DNA of 64,000 nt, from contig OZ242260.1 of the NCBI GenBank assembly GCA_965207065.1, positions 2,496,001 to 2,560,000 on the forward strand, written 5' to 3'. Source of the DNA: a bacterium (lineage in GTDB: Bacteria > UBA8248). The notes below the pieces were generated by a model. That model made no database searches and was not told the DNA's origin. It worked only from the letters and a program-made list of their open reading frames with translations. This document shows, piece by piece, positions 42,578 to 52,806 of this stretch; positions within the stretch are counted from its first letter, which is position 1, and each line of letters starts with the position of its first letter. Both the position numbers and the translations under genes were made by a program.

Positions 42578-43549
42578 ATGCTGGATTCACTGCGAGTTGG
42601 CGTCGTCGGTGTTGGCCATATGGGAAGTTACCATGTAGCTGCGCTTTCTGAACTATTGGGCGCGAATCTGGTAGCTGTATGCGATTTGGTGCCGAGCCGC
42701 GCCCGGGAATTGGCAGATAAATTCGGGGCGGAAGCGTTTTCAGATCCCACAGATCTGATCGGTCGGGTAGATGCGGTTACCATCGCTGTTCCCACCATGC
42801 AGCATTTTGCAGTGTCCCGGATCTTCCTCGAAAATGGCGTTCATGCGTTGGTGGAAAAGCCCGTTTGCACGAAGATGGAAGAGGCCCGGATACTGTTCGA
42901 CCTGGCAACCAGAAACAATCTGGTGCTTCACATTGGCCATGTGGAGCGATTCAACGGAGCCGTACAGGAGTTGGGTAACATTTTGGATGCGCCCACCCTG
43001 ATTGAATGCCGCAGGCTGGGCCCCTTCTCGCCGAGAGTGAAGGAAGACGGCGTCGTGCTCGACTTGATGATTCACGATCTCGACATCGTTTTGCGGTTGG
43101 TGGATGAGGAGATTGATTTGCTTTCGGCAACCGGCGCAAGTGTCCTCTCTGACCGGGATGACGTGGCGAATGTGCAGATTGGTTTTGCAGGTGGATGCGT
43201 GGCGAACCTTACCGCAAGCCGGGTGACGCAGAACAAGATCAGGACGCTATCCGTATCACAACCGGACGCGTTCATTACGCTCGATTATGCGGACCAGGAG
43301 CTCAGGATCCACCGCCAGGCGAAGAGTGAGCATCAGTTGACGAGAGAGGAACTCAAGTACCGCGAACAATTCCAGGTGGAAAGAGTGTTTGTCCACAAGG
43401 GCAATCCACTCAAGTTGGAATTGCGGCATTTCCTGCAATCAATACAGCTCCAGGATGTTGTTTCCGATCCGGAGAGAGAATTGCGGTCTTTGGATATTGC
43501 CCTGCGTATCGTAGATATGCTGAAAAGCACCATGCCCTCAACCCACTAA
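42578..43549 (+). CDS. Gfo/Idh/MocA oxidoreductase, GnnA-like (UDP-GlcNAc 3-dehydrogenase)
   Basis: GVGHMG, EKP, GHVERFN and DLMIHDLD. Located inside the lpxA-lpxB cluster. Confidence 0.75.
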   Translation: MLDSLRVGVVGVGHMGSYHVAALSELLGANLVAVCDLVPSRARELADKFGAEAFSDPTDLIGRVDAVTIAVPTMQHFAVSRIFLENGVHALVEKPVCTKMEEARILFDLATRNNLVLHIGHVERFNGAVQELGNILDAPTLIECRRLGPFSPRVKEDGVVLDLMIHDLDIVLRLVDEEIDLLSATGASVLSDRDDVANVQIGFAGGCVANLTASRVTQNKIRTLSVSQPDAFITLDYADQELRIHRQAKSEHQLTREELKYREQFQVERVFVHKGNPLKLELRHFLQSIQLQDVVSDPERELRSLDIALRIVDMLKSTMPSTH

Positions 43550-43557
43550 AATTTGCC

Positions 43558-44388
43558 ATGCCGAATTCCCTGGGAAGAATTGGCCTCGTCGCAGGTTCGG
43601 GTAGTCTGTCATCCGAGTTTGTTTCCAGTGCGAAGAAACGGGGCAAGCACGTGTCCGTGGTGGCTTTGTCCGCTGAGGTCAAGGAAACATTATCAACTGA
43701 GGCGGATTCCGTAGTTCACATCCCTCCCACCCAGCCGAATAAAATCATCCGGTTTTTCAGTGATGAGAATGTTGGAGAGATAGGGCTCGTGGGAAAGGTG
43801 GAGAAAAGTATCTTGTTTCAATCCTGGCGCTTCGATTTGACAGTCCTGCGCTTCATGAAGAATGCCAAGAATACGGCCGATGCAACGGTCATGGATGCCG
43901 TAATTGAGTTTGTGGAAGAAAACGGGATGAAAGTGATGCCCCAGACGGAGTATCTCGATCATCTCATTACCCCGCGCGGGAGCATAACGAAAAAAAACTT
44001 GCGCCAAAATCAACGGAAAGACGCGGAATATGCGTTCCAGATGGCCCGGAGCATTGCAACGCTGGATATCGGCCAGACGCTGGTGGTTCACAAGGGAACG
44101 GTGGTTGCCGTGGAGGGTATCGAAGGTACGAACGAGGCGATTCGCAGGGGATGCGCTCTCGCCGGGAAAGGGGCCGTTGTATGCAAGGTGGCCCGTCCCG
44201 ATCAGGACATGCGCTACGATGTTCCCACCGTGGGGCCCGAAACCTTGCAGGTGATGCGCGAGGGTGGCGCTTCGGCGTTGATCCTGGAGGCGGAGCGGAC
44301 TTTTCTTATCGATCGCGAACGCTTGATACGGGAAGCCGAGGCAACGGGCATCATCGTTGTCGGCTGGTCGGAAAATGAGCTCGGATGA
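43558..44388 (+). CDS. lpxI: UDP-2,3-diacylglucosamine pyrophosphatase LpxI
   Basis: GLVAGSG, DIGQ, AVEGIEGT and QDMRYDVPTVG. Confidence 0.92.
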   Translation: MPNSLGRIGLVAGSGSLSSEFVSSAKKRGKHVSVVALSAEVKETLSTEADSVVHIPPTQPNKIIRFFSDENVGEIGLVGKVEKSILFQSWRFDLTVLRFMKNAKNTADATVMDAVIEFVEENGMKVMPQTEYLDHLITPRGSITKKNLRQNQRKDAEYAFQMARSIATLDIGQTLVVHKGTVVAVEGIEGTNEAIRRGCALAGKGAVVCKVARPDQDMRYDVPTVGPETLQVMREGGASALILEAERTFLIDRERLIREAEATGIIVVGWSENELG

Positions 44389-45562
44389 GCGCTCGACTAT
44401 TGACGTCATGGTGCTCGCCGGAGAGCAATCCGGAGATGTTCACGCCGCGAATCTGGTGAAAGCGCTTGCCGCGAGGGTGCCGAACCTCCGTCTATCCGGG
44501 ATGGGTGGGCAATTGATGGCCGAGGCGGGCGTGGAGATTCTCCATGATATCGGCGACATATCCATTGTCGGTTTCGCCGGCATTCCCCGCATTTATCCCA
44601 AATTAAAAAAAATCAAGAAAGATTTGTTGCGTAGGATCGCGGATCACAAGCCGAAGGCGGTGATTTTTGTCGATTATCCGGGTTTCAATCTTTCGTGCGC
44701 GCGCGCGGTGCGCAAGCTGCCAAATCCGCCCAAAAGCATATATTTCATCACCCCCCAGGTATGGGCCTGGTGGAAGGGCCGCGCCCGGACCATTGCGGAT
44801 GTTTTCGATCTGGCCCTGAACATATTTCCGTTCGAGCCCCGAATTTTTAACGAATTGGGCGGAAAAGCCATGTTCATCGGCAACCCTATTGCCTACGAAC
44901 TTCGAGATGCGCCCTCGAAAGAAAGTGCCCGGCTCTCGCTGGGCATATCGATGAGCGACAAGGTGATTTCACTTCTCCCGGGCAGTCGCCTCAAGGAAAT
45001 CGACTCTCACGTGGCCGCCATGGTGGATGCGCTGAAGATTATCCATGCGCAATCGCCGGGGCTGCGCTTTTTGATTTCAGAGGCGATTTCCCTGCCGGAT
45101 GGGTACGTTGCGAACCGTCTGAAGTCGTCCGGTATCGAGATACGAACTGTGAGGGGTGATGCTGCAAAAGTCATTCGCGCGGCCGACGCCGTAGTCGTGG
45201 CGAGCGGTACGGCTTCTCTCGAAACGGCTCTCCTGGGTGTGCCGATGGTGGTTCTGTATGCCGGGGATATCTTTTTCTATTCGCTGGTCAGGTATTTTTT
45301 GTTGCAAGTGGACTATATCAGCCTGGCGAATCTGTTGTCCGGCTATGAGGCGGTTCCCGAGTTGTGCCAGAAACAGGTGCGCGCGCAGCCCATTGCGGAT
45401 GCCTTGAGGGAAGTGCTCATGGATGATGACGTGAGAGCAAGGCAAGTCAGGGCTTTCGAGAGGATTCAAAACACACTGGAAGGGGTGAACCCCTATGAAT
45501 GCGCCGCGGCGCATATCGCGGCGGAACTCGGTTACGAGGCGCAGGACGCTTTGCATGAATGA
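44375..45562 (+). CDS. lpxB: Lipid-A-disaccharide synthase
   Basis: AGEQSGD, VDYPGFN, PQVWAW, LLPGSR and SGTASLE. Confidence 0.95.
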   Translation: MSSDERSTIDVMVLAGEQSGDVHAANLVKALAARVPNLRLSGMGGQLMAEAGVEILHDIGDISIVGFAGIPRIYPKLKKIKKDLLRRIADHKPKAVIFVDYPGFNLSCARAVRKLPNPPKSIYFITPQVWAWWKGRARTIADVFDLALNIFPFEPRIFNELGGKAMFIGNPIAYELRDAPSKESARLSLGISMSDKVISLLPGSRLKEIDSHVAAMVDALKIIHAQSPGLRFLISEAISLPDGYVANRLKSSGIEIRTVRGDAAKVIRAADAVVVASGTASLETALLGVPMVVLYAGDIFFYSLVRYFLLQVDYISLANLLSGYEAVPELCQKQVRAQPIADALREVLMDDDVRARQVRAFERIQNTLEGVNPYECAAAHIAAELGYEAQDALHE

Positions 45563-46286
45563 AGATTCAATCGCCTATGATGAATGGGGCCGGGACCCCG
45601 ATGCGCCGCTTTCGGCGTGGTTGGGCGGCATGGTCATCGCGGGTTATCTGAAGGCGGTGTATGCCACCTCGTCGATGATCGTTCCGAAAACGGAATCGAA
45701 TGAAAAAATAGAGCGGAGGCGCAACCAGAAATTTATCTGGGCGCTCTGGCATCATCATTTGGGGCTGCCTTGCTTCTTTAATACGTATCATTCTCACCGC
45801 ACGTGCATGGCGAGCAGAAGCCGCGACGGGGAATTGCTCGCCCAGGTGATGTCGCGGCTCGATACCCATTGTGTGAGAGGCTCTTCCGCAGCGCTGGATG
45901 GAAGGGATAAAGGCGGAACCGCTGCGGTTCGGCAGATGATCAGGGTGGCGAAACAAGGGGAACACCAACTCGTCATCACGCCGGATGGCCCGAAGGGCCC
46001 GCCTCAGAAAGTGAAAATGGGTATCATATCTTTGGCGAGCCTCACGGGATATCCGATTTGCCCGGTCGCTTTTGCGGCGTCGCGCTTCTTTACCATCCCC
46101 ACGTGGGACAAGACGATTTTGCCCCTGCCGTTCGGGAGAATCGCTGTTTGTTGTGGAGAGCCTCTGGAAGTGCCGCGAACCCGGGATAAGGGAGTGCTGG
46201 AGGGGAGGCGCGCAGAAATCGAAAGGCGGCTCATTCATGCGAATGAGGAGGCGCAGTACCACCTCAAGAACACGGCGAGGACGTAA
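45555..46286 (+). CDS. DUF374-family lysophospholipid acyltransferase-like protein
   Basis: WH, SRSRDGE, VRGSS, ITPDGPKGP and WDK..LPLPF. Position between lpxB and kdtA is typical. Confidence 0.8.
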   Translation: MNEDSIAYDEWGRDPDAPLSAWLGGMVIAGYLKAVYATSSMIVPKTESNEKIERRRNQKFIWALWHHHLGLPCFFNTYHSHRTCMASRSRDGELLAQVMSRLDTHCVRGSSAALDGRDKGGTAAVRQMIRVAKQGEHQLVITPDGPKGPPQKVKMGIISLASLTGYPICPVAFAASRFFTIPTWDKTILPLPFGRIAVCCGEPLEVPRTRDKGVLEGRRAEIERRLIHANEEAQYHLKNTART

Positions 46287-46292
46287 CCGCTC

Positions 46293-47564
46293 ATGCTGTT
46301 TCTCTACAATGTCGTCATTCTTCTCATCTCACCTGTATTGCTCGTGTATTTTCTGGTTCGCCTGTGGGTTCGTGGGTTCGACTTGCGGGCGGTTCGTGAA
46401 AGGTTCGGGTTTCTGCCCGGGTTGCCCGATGCGGAGGGGGGGCGTCTTTGGCTGCACGCCGTCTCCGTGGGGGAAGTGGGCGTGGCCGCCGTCTTGGTGC
46501 CTGCGCTCTTGAAAAAAAAGCCGGGGCTCAGGATTGTCCTTTCCACGGTGACGCCAACAGGCAGAAACGAAGCCGGAAAAATCTCAGGCCTGGAGCAACT
46601 CATCTACTTGCCCCTGGATTTCCCTTTGATTATCCGCTCCGCCTTGAAACGCATCCGGCCGTCGATGATCACGCTTATCGAGACGGAGATATGGCCGAAT
46701 CTCGTGGCGGAGGCGGCAAGACAGGATATTCCCGTATCCATCGTCAACGGGCGGCTTTCCGAGCGGTCGTATCATAAGTACAAGCGCTTTCAGTTTTTTT
46801 TCTCTTCGCTCCTCAAGCGTTTCACGGACGTGCTGGCGCGCGGGGAAAGGGACGCCGAACGGTTTTTGGATTTGGGTGCGACTTCCGTGCGGGTTTCAGG
46901 GAACGTGAAATATGATACCCCTGCGCCGCCGAAGGAATCCCCGCATCTAGCGTATGGTCTTGGCGCGTGCAGGCACGTCATCGTGGCCGGTAGCACGCAC
47001 CCGGGAGAGGAGAAACTGATTGGGGAGGTGTTGGTATCCGTTGATCGCAAAATGCCGGGTGTAGGACTCCTCCTCGCGCCTCGCCATCTGGAAAGGGTGG
47101 CCCAGGTGGAAGCGGACCTGCAAGACGCTGGCATCTCTCCCGTGAGGTGGAGCCAGGTAAAAGATAAGGATGGCGAGCATCAAGCAGTCATCCTGGATGT
47201 GATGGGTGAACTGGCGGATGCGTATGGGTGCGCTGCAATGGCGATCATCGGCGGAAGTTTTATTCCCCATGGCGGTCAGAACCCGATAGAAGCGGCGCGC
47301 TGGGCGGTGCCATGCTTGTGCGGCCCCCACATGGAGAATTTCGCCGAGGTGACATGCGAGATGGTGAAACAAGGCGGTGCGATTCAAGTGAGCGGGCAGG
47401 AGAATCTGGAGACGGCCGTCATGAAGTGGCTGAACGATCCGGAATCGCGGAATCTCGCAGGTGAAGCGGCCCGCCGGGTGGTGCAGAACAACCGGGGCGC
47501 TTCCGAGCGTACCGCGGAATACATCGTTCAAGTCCTGGCGGGATCGGATAAGGGTACCGCATGA
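46293..47564 (+). CDS. waaA: Kdo transferase
   Basis: WLHAVSVGE, ETEIWPN, NGRLS, GNVKYD, GSTH, APRH and GGQNPIE. Confidence 0.95.
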   Translation: MLFLYNVVILLISPVLLVYFLVRLWVRGFDLRAVRERFGFLPGLPDAEGGRLWLHAVSVGEVGVAAVLVPALLKKKPGLRIVLSTVTPTGRNEAGKISGLEQLIYLPLDFPLIIRSALKRIRPSMITLIETEIWPNLVAEAARQDIPVSIVNGRLSERSYHKYKRFQFFFSSLLKRFTDVLARGERDAERFLDLGATSVRVSGNVKYDTPAPPKESPHLAYGLGACRHVIVAGSTHPGEEKLIGEVLVSVDRKMPGVGLLLAPRHLERVAQVEADLQDAGISPVRWSQVKDKDGEHQAVILDVMGELADAYGCAAMAIIGGSFIPHGGQNPIEAARWAVPCLCGPHMENFAEVTCEMVKQGGAIQVSGQENLETAVMKWLNDPESRNLAGEAARRVVQNNRGASERTAEYIVQVLAGSDKGTA

Positions 47565-48646
47565 GTTTTCGGAGTGGAATCCTGCAGGCCTGGGAGGGCA
47601 ATCCCTCATCCCCGGCCTGGTCTCGTGTATTGATGAGGAGCCTCGGCCCTCTGGGAAGTCTCAATGGCGCCGCCATGGCGCGCCGTCGCCGTCGTTATGA
47701 ATCCGGGAAGGCCGGTGTCTCGAAAATTCCCGTACCTGTCATTTCGATTGGCAACATCACCCTGGGGGGGACGGGGAAAACGCCCACGGTCGCCTGGCTC
47801 GCGGAAAAACTGGCCTTGAAAGGCCGGAAGCCCGCCGTGGTGAGCAGGGGCTATGGCGGAAGACCCAAGGATGTGATGGTTGTGGGCGATGGGAAGGGGC
47901 GTTTGATGGACGCGCCACCGGCCGCTGATGAAGCGGCGATGCTTGCCCGCCGCTATCCCGGCCTCCTCGTTTTAACGGGTGCGGAACGTTCGTTTGTCGC
48001 AAAAAAGGCGGTCGAGGAATTCGAGGCGGACGTTATTGTGCTCGACGATGGGTTTCAACACATGGCGCTTCATCGGGATGTGGACGTGGTGGCTTTGCGA
48101 GGAGATTGTCCTTTTGGAAACGGCAAGGTGGTTCCCGCAGGTGTCCTCCGGGAGCCGGTTTCAGCCTTGAGGCGTGCAGACGCCATTTTAATAACGGGCG
48201 AATGCGCTGACCGTACAAGAGAGAATATACAGTCTCTCAACCCGGATATCCCGATGTTCACAGGCCACCTTGAGCCCGATGCGTTCCTTGATTCTCGAGG
48301 CGAGAATACGGGCGCACCGGATGAATTGAAAGGCGCCAGGGTCGTTGCTGTCAGCGGCCTGGGGAATCCGCATGGATTCGAGAAGATGCTTGAATCGCTG
48401 GATATCGAGATCGTCGTGCATCACGAATATCCGGATCATGCCCATTACGCGTTGGCGGATGGCGTGCGGCTCGTTGCGTCGCTGCAGAAGGCCGGGGCCG
48501 ATTTCATTCTCACGACGGAGAAAGATGCGGCAAAGCTGTCTCCTTTGTTGCGTGAAACGCCGTTTCGTGTTCTTCGGGTGGTGATGAAGATTGATGACGA
48601 GATGAATTTGGCTGGTTTGATCGAGAAAAGAGCATTTTCGTCCTGA
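47561..48646 (+). CDS. lpxK: Tetraacyldisaccharide 4'-kinase
   Basis: GNITLGGTGKTP, SRGYG, LDDGFQH, LRE and TTEKD. Confidence 0.95.
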   Translation: MSFRSGILQAWEGNPSSPAWSRVLMRSLGPLGSLNGAAMARRRRRYESGKAGVSKIPVPVISIGNITLGGTGKTPTVAWLAEKLALKGRKPAVVSRGYGGRPKDVMVVGDGKGRLMDAPPAADEAAMLARRYPGLLVLTGAERSFVAKKAVEEFEADVIVLDDGFQHMALHRDVDVVALRGDCPFGNGKVVPAGVLREPVSALRRADAILITGECADRTRENIQSLNPDIPMFTGHLEPDAFLDSRGENTGAPDELKGARVVAVSGLGNPHGFEKMLESLDIEIVVHHEYPDHAHYALADGVRLVASLQKAGADFILTTEKDAAKLSPLLRETPFRVLRVVMKIDDEMNLAGLIEKRAFSS

Positions 48647-48655
48647 ACTGGCGCC

Positions 48656-49744
48656 TTATCCCTTTATGGAGGCGAGAAAGTAAGCCCCTCCCGCGAGGAA
48701 AATCGCATTTGGCCCCCAGGCCGCCAGGATAGGCGGGAGGCGTCCGGCGTGTCCGAACGATAGGCTTGCATGGAAAAGTACGAGGTAGATGGCGCCGATA
48801 GCGATGGCGATGGCGACTCCCAGGGCGGCTCCTCCGCTTCTGCTGCTTCGAATGGAGAAAGCCACACCCACGATGGCCAGCACGAAACTGATGAACGGAG
48901 CAGAAATTTTAGCCCACATATCTACGATGTAACGGGTGGCGTTAACGCCGCTTTTTCGCAAGTTTTCAATGTAGCGACCGAGTTCCTGATAATTCATTGT
49001 CTCCGGGTTTCTGCCTGTTTCCTTGAAATCTTTCGGTTTTTCCGCAAGCGGAAACACTTTCTTCTCAAAGGTTTCTTGTTTGATTTTTCCCCCGCCTGTA
49101 AAGTCGTGGATCACGCCTTTGTGGAATTCCCAATGTTGTTCTGCAGGAAGCCAAACCACCTCGGTCGCGTCAATACGTTGCGTTAAGCGGTTTTGCGGGT
49201 CCAATCGGTACAGGGTAATGCCTCTCATTTTTTCCGAAGATGGATCGTAGTGTGTGATTTGCCAGATCGTGTTGTTTTCCGAGCGATACCAGATTTTGTC
49301 TCTCTGTGTATGCGTGTGTAAGCCGGTTTTCTGGATCTTGACCCGCCGTATGTATTCTCCGCGCTTGTTGGCGAATGGAACGATGTATTCATTCGCCAGG
49401 AAGGTGAGGAAGCTGATTCCCAGGCATGCGATCAGGATTGGCGTAATGATTCGGTAGAGACTTAAGCCCCCTGCGCGCATGGCGAGAACCTCGTTTTCTC
49501 TGGAGAAAAGAATCAGCGTGAATGTGCTCGCCAGCAGCACGGTGAGCGGAACGGAGAGAAAAACGAGATGGGGTATTTTATATAGGAAATACAGGGTTGC
49601 GTCGCTTACGGCTGCATTCTCTTCGATAAAATCATCGATGCGTTCGATAAACTCCGCGGTGAGGAAGAGAGTGATGGCTCCCGACTGGCATAGAACCAAC
49701 ATTCTCAAGAATTGTTTCGTGATGTATCGGCTCAGTATGGTCAT
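48656..49744 (-). CDS. lptG: LPS export ABC transporter permease LptG
   Basis: YjgP/Q topology, ENEVLAMRAGGLS and LAAWGPN. Downstream partner of lptF. Confidence 0.88.
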   Translation of the reverse strand: MTILSRYITKQFLRMLVLCQSGAITLFLTAEFIERIDDFIEENAAVSDATLYFLYKIPHLVFLSVPLTVLLASTFTLILFSRENEVLAMRAGGLSLYRIITPILIACLGISFLTFLANEYIVPFANKRGEYIRRVKIQKTGLHTHTQRDKIWYRSENNTIWQITHYDPSSEKMRGITLYRLDPQNRLTQRIDATEVVWLPAEQHWEFHKGVIHDFTGGGKIKQETFEKKVFPLAEKPKDFKETGRNPETMNYQELGRYIENLRKSGVNATRYIVDMWAKISAPFISFVLAIVGVAFSIRSSRSGGAALGVAIAIAIGAIYLVLFHASLSFGHAGRLPPILAAWGPNAIFLAGGAYFLASIKG

Positions 49745-49753
49745 GGCGGGAAT

Positions 49754-50971
49754 TTATGATTTGCTTCGGTGAAAGAGGGAAAACGGCTTGAGAAGCAAAC
49801 CCCGGATGTCGATGGCGTAGAGCAAGCCAGCGGTTCGTACCATGTATCCCGCGAGTAGGGCCAATAATACGTTCGGGCTCCAGACGGCGACGGCAGCGCT
49901 GATTTGCCCGCTTTCCGCCACTCCCTCCGTGAAGGTGACGAGCAGGTAATAAAGGATCAGAACACCCAGGCTCAGGGCAAAACCGCCGTGGCGTCCCGAT
50001 CGTCTGTTCTGTACGCCGAGAGGTGCCCCCAGGAACGCCAGAATGAGGCAGGTGAAAGGCACCGCGAATTTCTTGTGCAACTCCACGAGAATGGCGTTGT
50101 ACCTGCTTGTTCCGGGCTCGTGTTCTGTTAGTTTGTTTCTGAGTTCATGGAACGGAAAAGCTCGCAGGCTTGTGCGAAGCGCCTTTGTTTTTCCGATAGA
50201 TTTCGTAAGATCAAAATTGAGGTCGTGGCGCTCAAAGCGCGCGATTTGATAATTGTTTCTTGCGAGGAGAGAGCCATCCTGCGCGCCAGTTTTCTTACTG
50301 GAGACCTTCTCGGGTTTGCTGACCGTATGGACGGTTCCTCTGACGAGGCGCAACCATACTTTCGGAGATGTGGTGGATTTTATCAGCCGGCCACGATCGG
50401 CAAAGATGACCCGATTCATCCCGGCCTCTCTCGTATCTGAAATCATAATGCCTTTCATCACCTTGCCCGACGGTTCGATTTCTCGCACGTAGAACATGAT
50501 TCCATCGAAACCGTCATGAAAAACCTGCTCTCGAAGGTCGAATGTAGCGACTCGACTATGGAGCATCTGTTGGCGGACTTCCAAAGTGGTGTTTTGACTC
50601 CAGGGAAGCCCGAACATCATGAGAAAACCGCTCAGGAGGGCGGTGGCAATCCCCACAACTCCCACGGGGATGAGTTGTGAGTGGAAGGTCATGCCGGAGG
50701 CGGTCATCGCCAGGGATTCGCTGTCGCTCGAAAGGCGGCTGAACACCATGATGCTCGAAATCAGGGTGGACATGGGCAAGGTAACAAGAAGCAAAACGGG
50801 CAGGGCGGCGATAAGAAATTGCGCCACGATGGAAATTGGCACACCGCGGTTCACCACCAAATCCGTGAATTGAAACATTCTGTGGAGCAGGAGCACGAAT
50901 GTAAGGAAAAACAAGGATATGAGCAGATAGGACACCAATTCACCCAGGATATATCGGTGCAGTGTTTTCAA
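49754..50971 (-). CDS. lptF: LPS export ABC transporter permease LptF
   Basis: RLSSDSE..AM.ASG, ELHKKFAVP and AVWSPN. Confidence 0.88.
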   Translation of the reverse strand: MKTLHRYILGELVSYLLISLFFLTFVLLLHRMFQFTDLVVNRGVPISIVAQFLIAALPVLLLVTLPMSTLISSIMVFSRLSSDSESLAMTASGMTFHSQLIPVGVVGIATALLSGFLMMFGLPWSQNTTLEVRQQMLHSRVATFDLREQVFHDGFDGIMFYVREIEPSGKVMKGIMISDTREAGMNRVIFADRGRLIKSTTSPKVWLRLVRGTVHTVSKPEKVSSKKTGAQDGSLLARNNYQIARFERHDLNFDLTKSIGKTKALRTSLRAFPFHELRNKLTEHEPGTSRYNAILVELHKKFAVPFTCLILAFLGAPLGVQNRRSGRHGGFALSLGVLILYYLLVTFTEGVAESGQISAAVAVWSPNVLLALLAGYMVRTAGLLYAIDIRGLLLKPFSLFHRSKS

Positions 50972-51130
50972 GGGGATTCCTCTGGGAGACGGGCACTCGA
51001 TACACTTGCATCACACTATATGAGCGTTTGCCGGAATGCAAAACGTGTTTTTATGCTCATTGACGCCCATTACACCGGTTGATAGCGTTGAAAAAAGGGC
51101 AGTTTTCGTTCTATTTCCCCGTGACTCAAG

Positions 51131-52213
51131 GTGCGGAAACGCATCGGGGAGGAATCGAGTTTGTCCGGCGATGCCCATCGGGAGGAGTTGCACCTCGTAG
51201 TGACGCCTACATGGATAGGTGATGCGGCCATGTCCGCTCCTTTTTTTGCATCCCTGAGGAGAGCGCACCCTGGGGCGAGGGTGGCGGCGGCGGCAGGTCC
51301 CTGGACTTCCGGATTGCTCCGCTGCTTTCCCTGGATCGATCGGGTCTTGTCTCTCGATGCAGGAAAGTGGCGCAGCTTCTTTTCCTTGAGGAGGATGTTA
51401 AGAAACGAGACGGTGGATTATGCGTGGGTTTTGCCCAACAGCTTTCGTGCGGCCCTGATGGCGAAATGGATAGGAGCAAGGCGGCGAATCGGGTATGGGA
51501 GCGATAGCAGGGGCTGGCTTTTGACCAGCCGTGTGGCGCCTCCGAGAGATATTTTTCATTTGGTGGATCGGTATCTTTACCTTCTTGAGGCGCAAGGATA
51601 TGAAACCCGGACTGGGGTTGACGATTTCTACATCAAACCGAAGGCGCAAGAATTCGCGGAAAATCTGCTGAAACCGCATCGTACGGGGAAAGATGCGCCA
51701 TTGGTGGGAATTCATCCCGGGGCTTTTTTCGGTGAATCCAAGATGTGGCCGCTGGAACATTTCAAAACACTTATTCACCGGCTCGTCGATCGCGAGGGGG
51801 CGCAGGTTTTCATATTGGGCGGGCCGGATGAGTTGGCCCTCACGGGGAAATTGGAACAGATGTCCGGGGGACGAGCGGTGAATCTGGCCGGAAAAGATAC
51901 CCTGGATACGCTGCCCGCTTTGCTGTCTCGTCTGGATGTATTCATCTCAGGCGATACGGGTCCGCTCCATGTGGCCGCGCTCGCCGGGACAGCGACGATT
52001 GCGCTGTTCGGACCCACGGACTATCGTCGAACAGGCACGAGAGGGACTTGGAACAGAATCATTCACAGGGGACTCGAATGCAGCCCATGCTTTGCGAGAA
52101 CGTGTCCTCTCGGCCATCACGACTGCATGAAGCGGATTTCGCCCGAACTGGTGGCGAGCGAAGCCGTTAAGCTGCTGAACGAAAAACCGGGGGTCGACAG
52201 GGATGGGAACTGA
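51131..52213 (+). CDS. waaF: LPS heptosyltransferase II (GT9)
   Basis: PTWIGDAAM, LPNSFRAAL, HPGA.FG..K.WP, DTGPLHVA and C.PC..R.CPLGHHDCM. Confidence 0.88.
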   Translation: MRKRIGEESSLSGDAHREELHLVVTPTWIGDAAMSAPFFASLRRAHPGARVAAAAGPWTSGLLRCFPWIDRVLSLDAGKWRSFFSLRRMLRNETVDYAWVLPNSFRAALMAKWIGARRRIGYGSDSRGWLLTSRVAPPRDIFHLVDRYLYLLEAQGYETRTGVDDFYIKPKAQEFAENLLKPHRTGKDAPLVGIHPGAFFGESKMWPLEHFKTLIHRLVDREGAQVFILGGPDELALTGKLEQMSGGRAVNLAGKDTLDTLPALLSRLDVFISGDTGPLHVAALAGTATIALFGPTDYRRTGTRGTWNRIIHRGLECSPCFARTCPLGHHDCMKRISPELVASEAVKLLNEKPGVDRDGN

Positions 52214-52805
52214 GACAGGCGCTGCAAAGAAACCGGCGGTATTTTTTGACAGGGACGGCACCCTGAATCGTGACGTGGGCTATGTCACTCACCTCGACTT
52301 GTATGAGCTGCTTCCCAGGGCGGCGGCAGCCGTCCGTAAGGTGAACGAGGCGGGGTGGCTGGCTATCCTGATCACGAATCAGGCCGGCGTGGCGCGAGGC
52401 TACTTCCCCGAAATCATGATCGATAAGGTGCATCGCAAACTTCAGGAAGAGCTGGGCGGCAAGGGCGCGCGGCTCGACGCCATCTATTATTGCCCGCACG
52501 TCCCGAACGGAGACGATCCCGGGTACGCGCTCGACTGCCAGATGCGGAAACCCTTTCCGGGAATGATTTTGAAAGCAGCGGCGGAGCACGGCGTCGACTT
52601 GGAAAAATCCGTCATGCTGGGGGACAAGTATTCCGATTTGGAGGCAGGCTGGCGCGCGGGTTGCAGGTCAGGCCTTGTGCTCTCAGGGTATGGACGGGGA
52701 GAAAGAGAACTTCGCGGTGCGCAGTGGCCCCGCCAGCCCGATTTCGTGGCGCAAGACGCCTTTCATGCGGTGGAAATCATCCTGAACGAAGGCGGGAATC
52801 ACTAG
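52203..52805 (+). CDS. gmhB: D-glycero-D-manno-heptose 1,7-bisphosphate phosphatase
   Basis: FFDRDGTLN, TNQAGVARG, CPH, RKP.PGM and GDK.SD. Confidence 0.93.
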   Translation: MGTETGAAKKPAVFFDRDGTLNRDVGYVTHLDLYELLPRAAAAVRKVNEAGWLAILITNQAGVARGYFPEIMIDKVHRKLQEELGGKGARLDAIYYCPHVPNGDDPGYALDCQMRKPFPGMILKAAAEHGVDLEKSVMLGDKYSDLEAGWRAGCRSGLVLSGYGRGERELRGAQWPRQPDFVAQDAFHAVEIILNEGGNH

Positions 52806-52806
52806 C

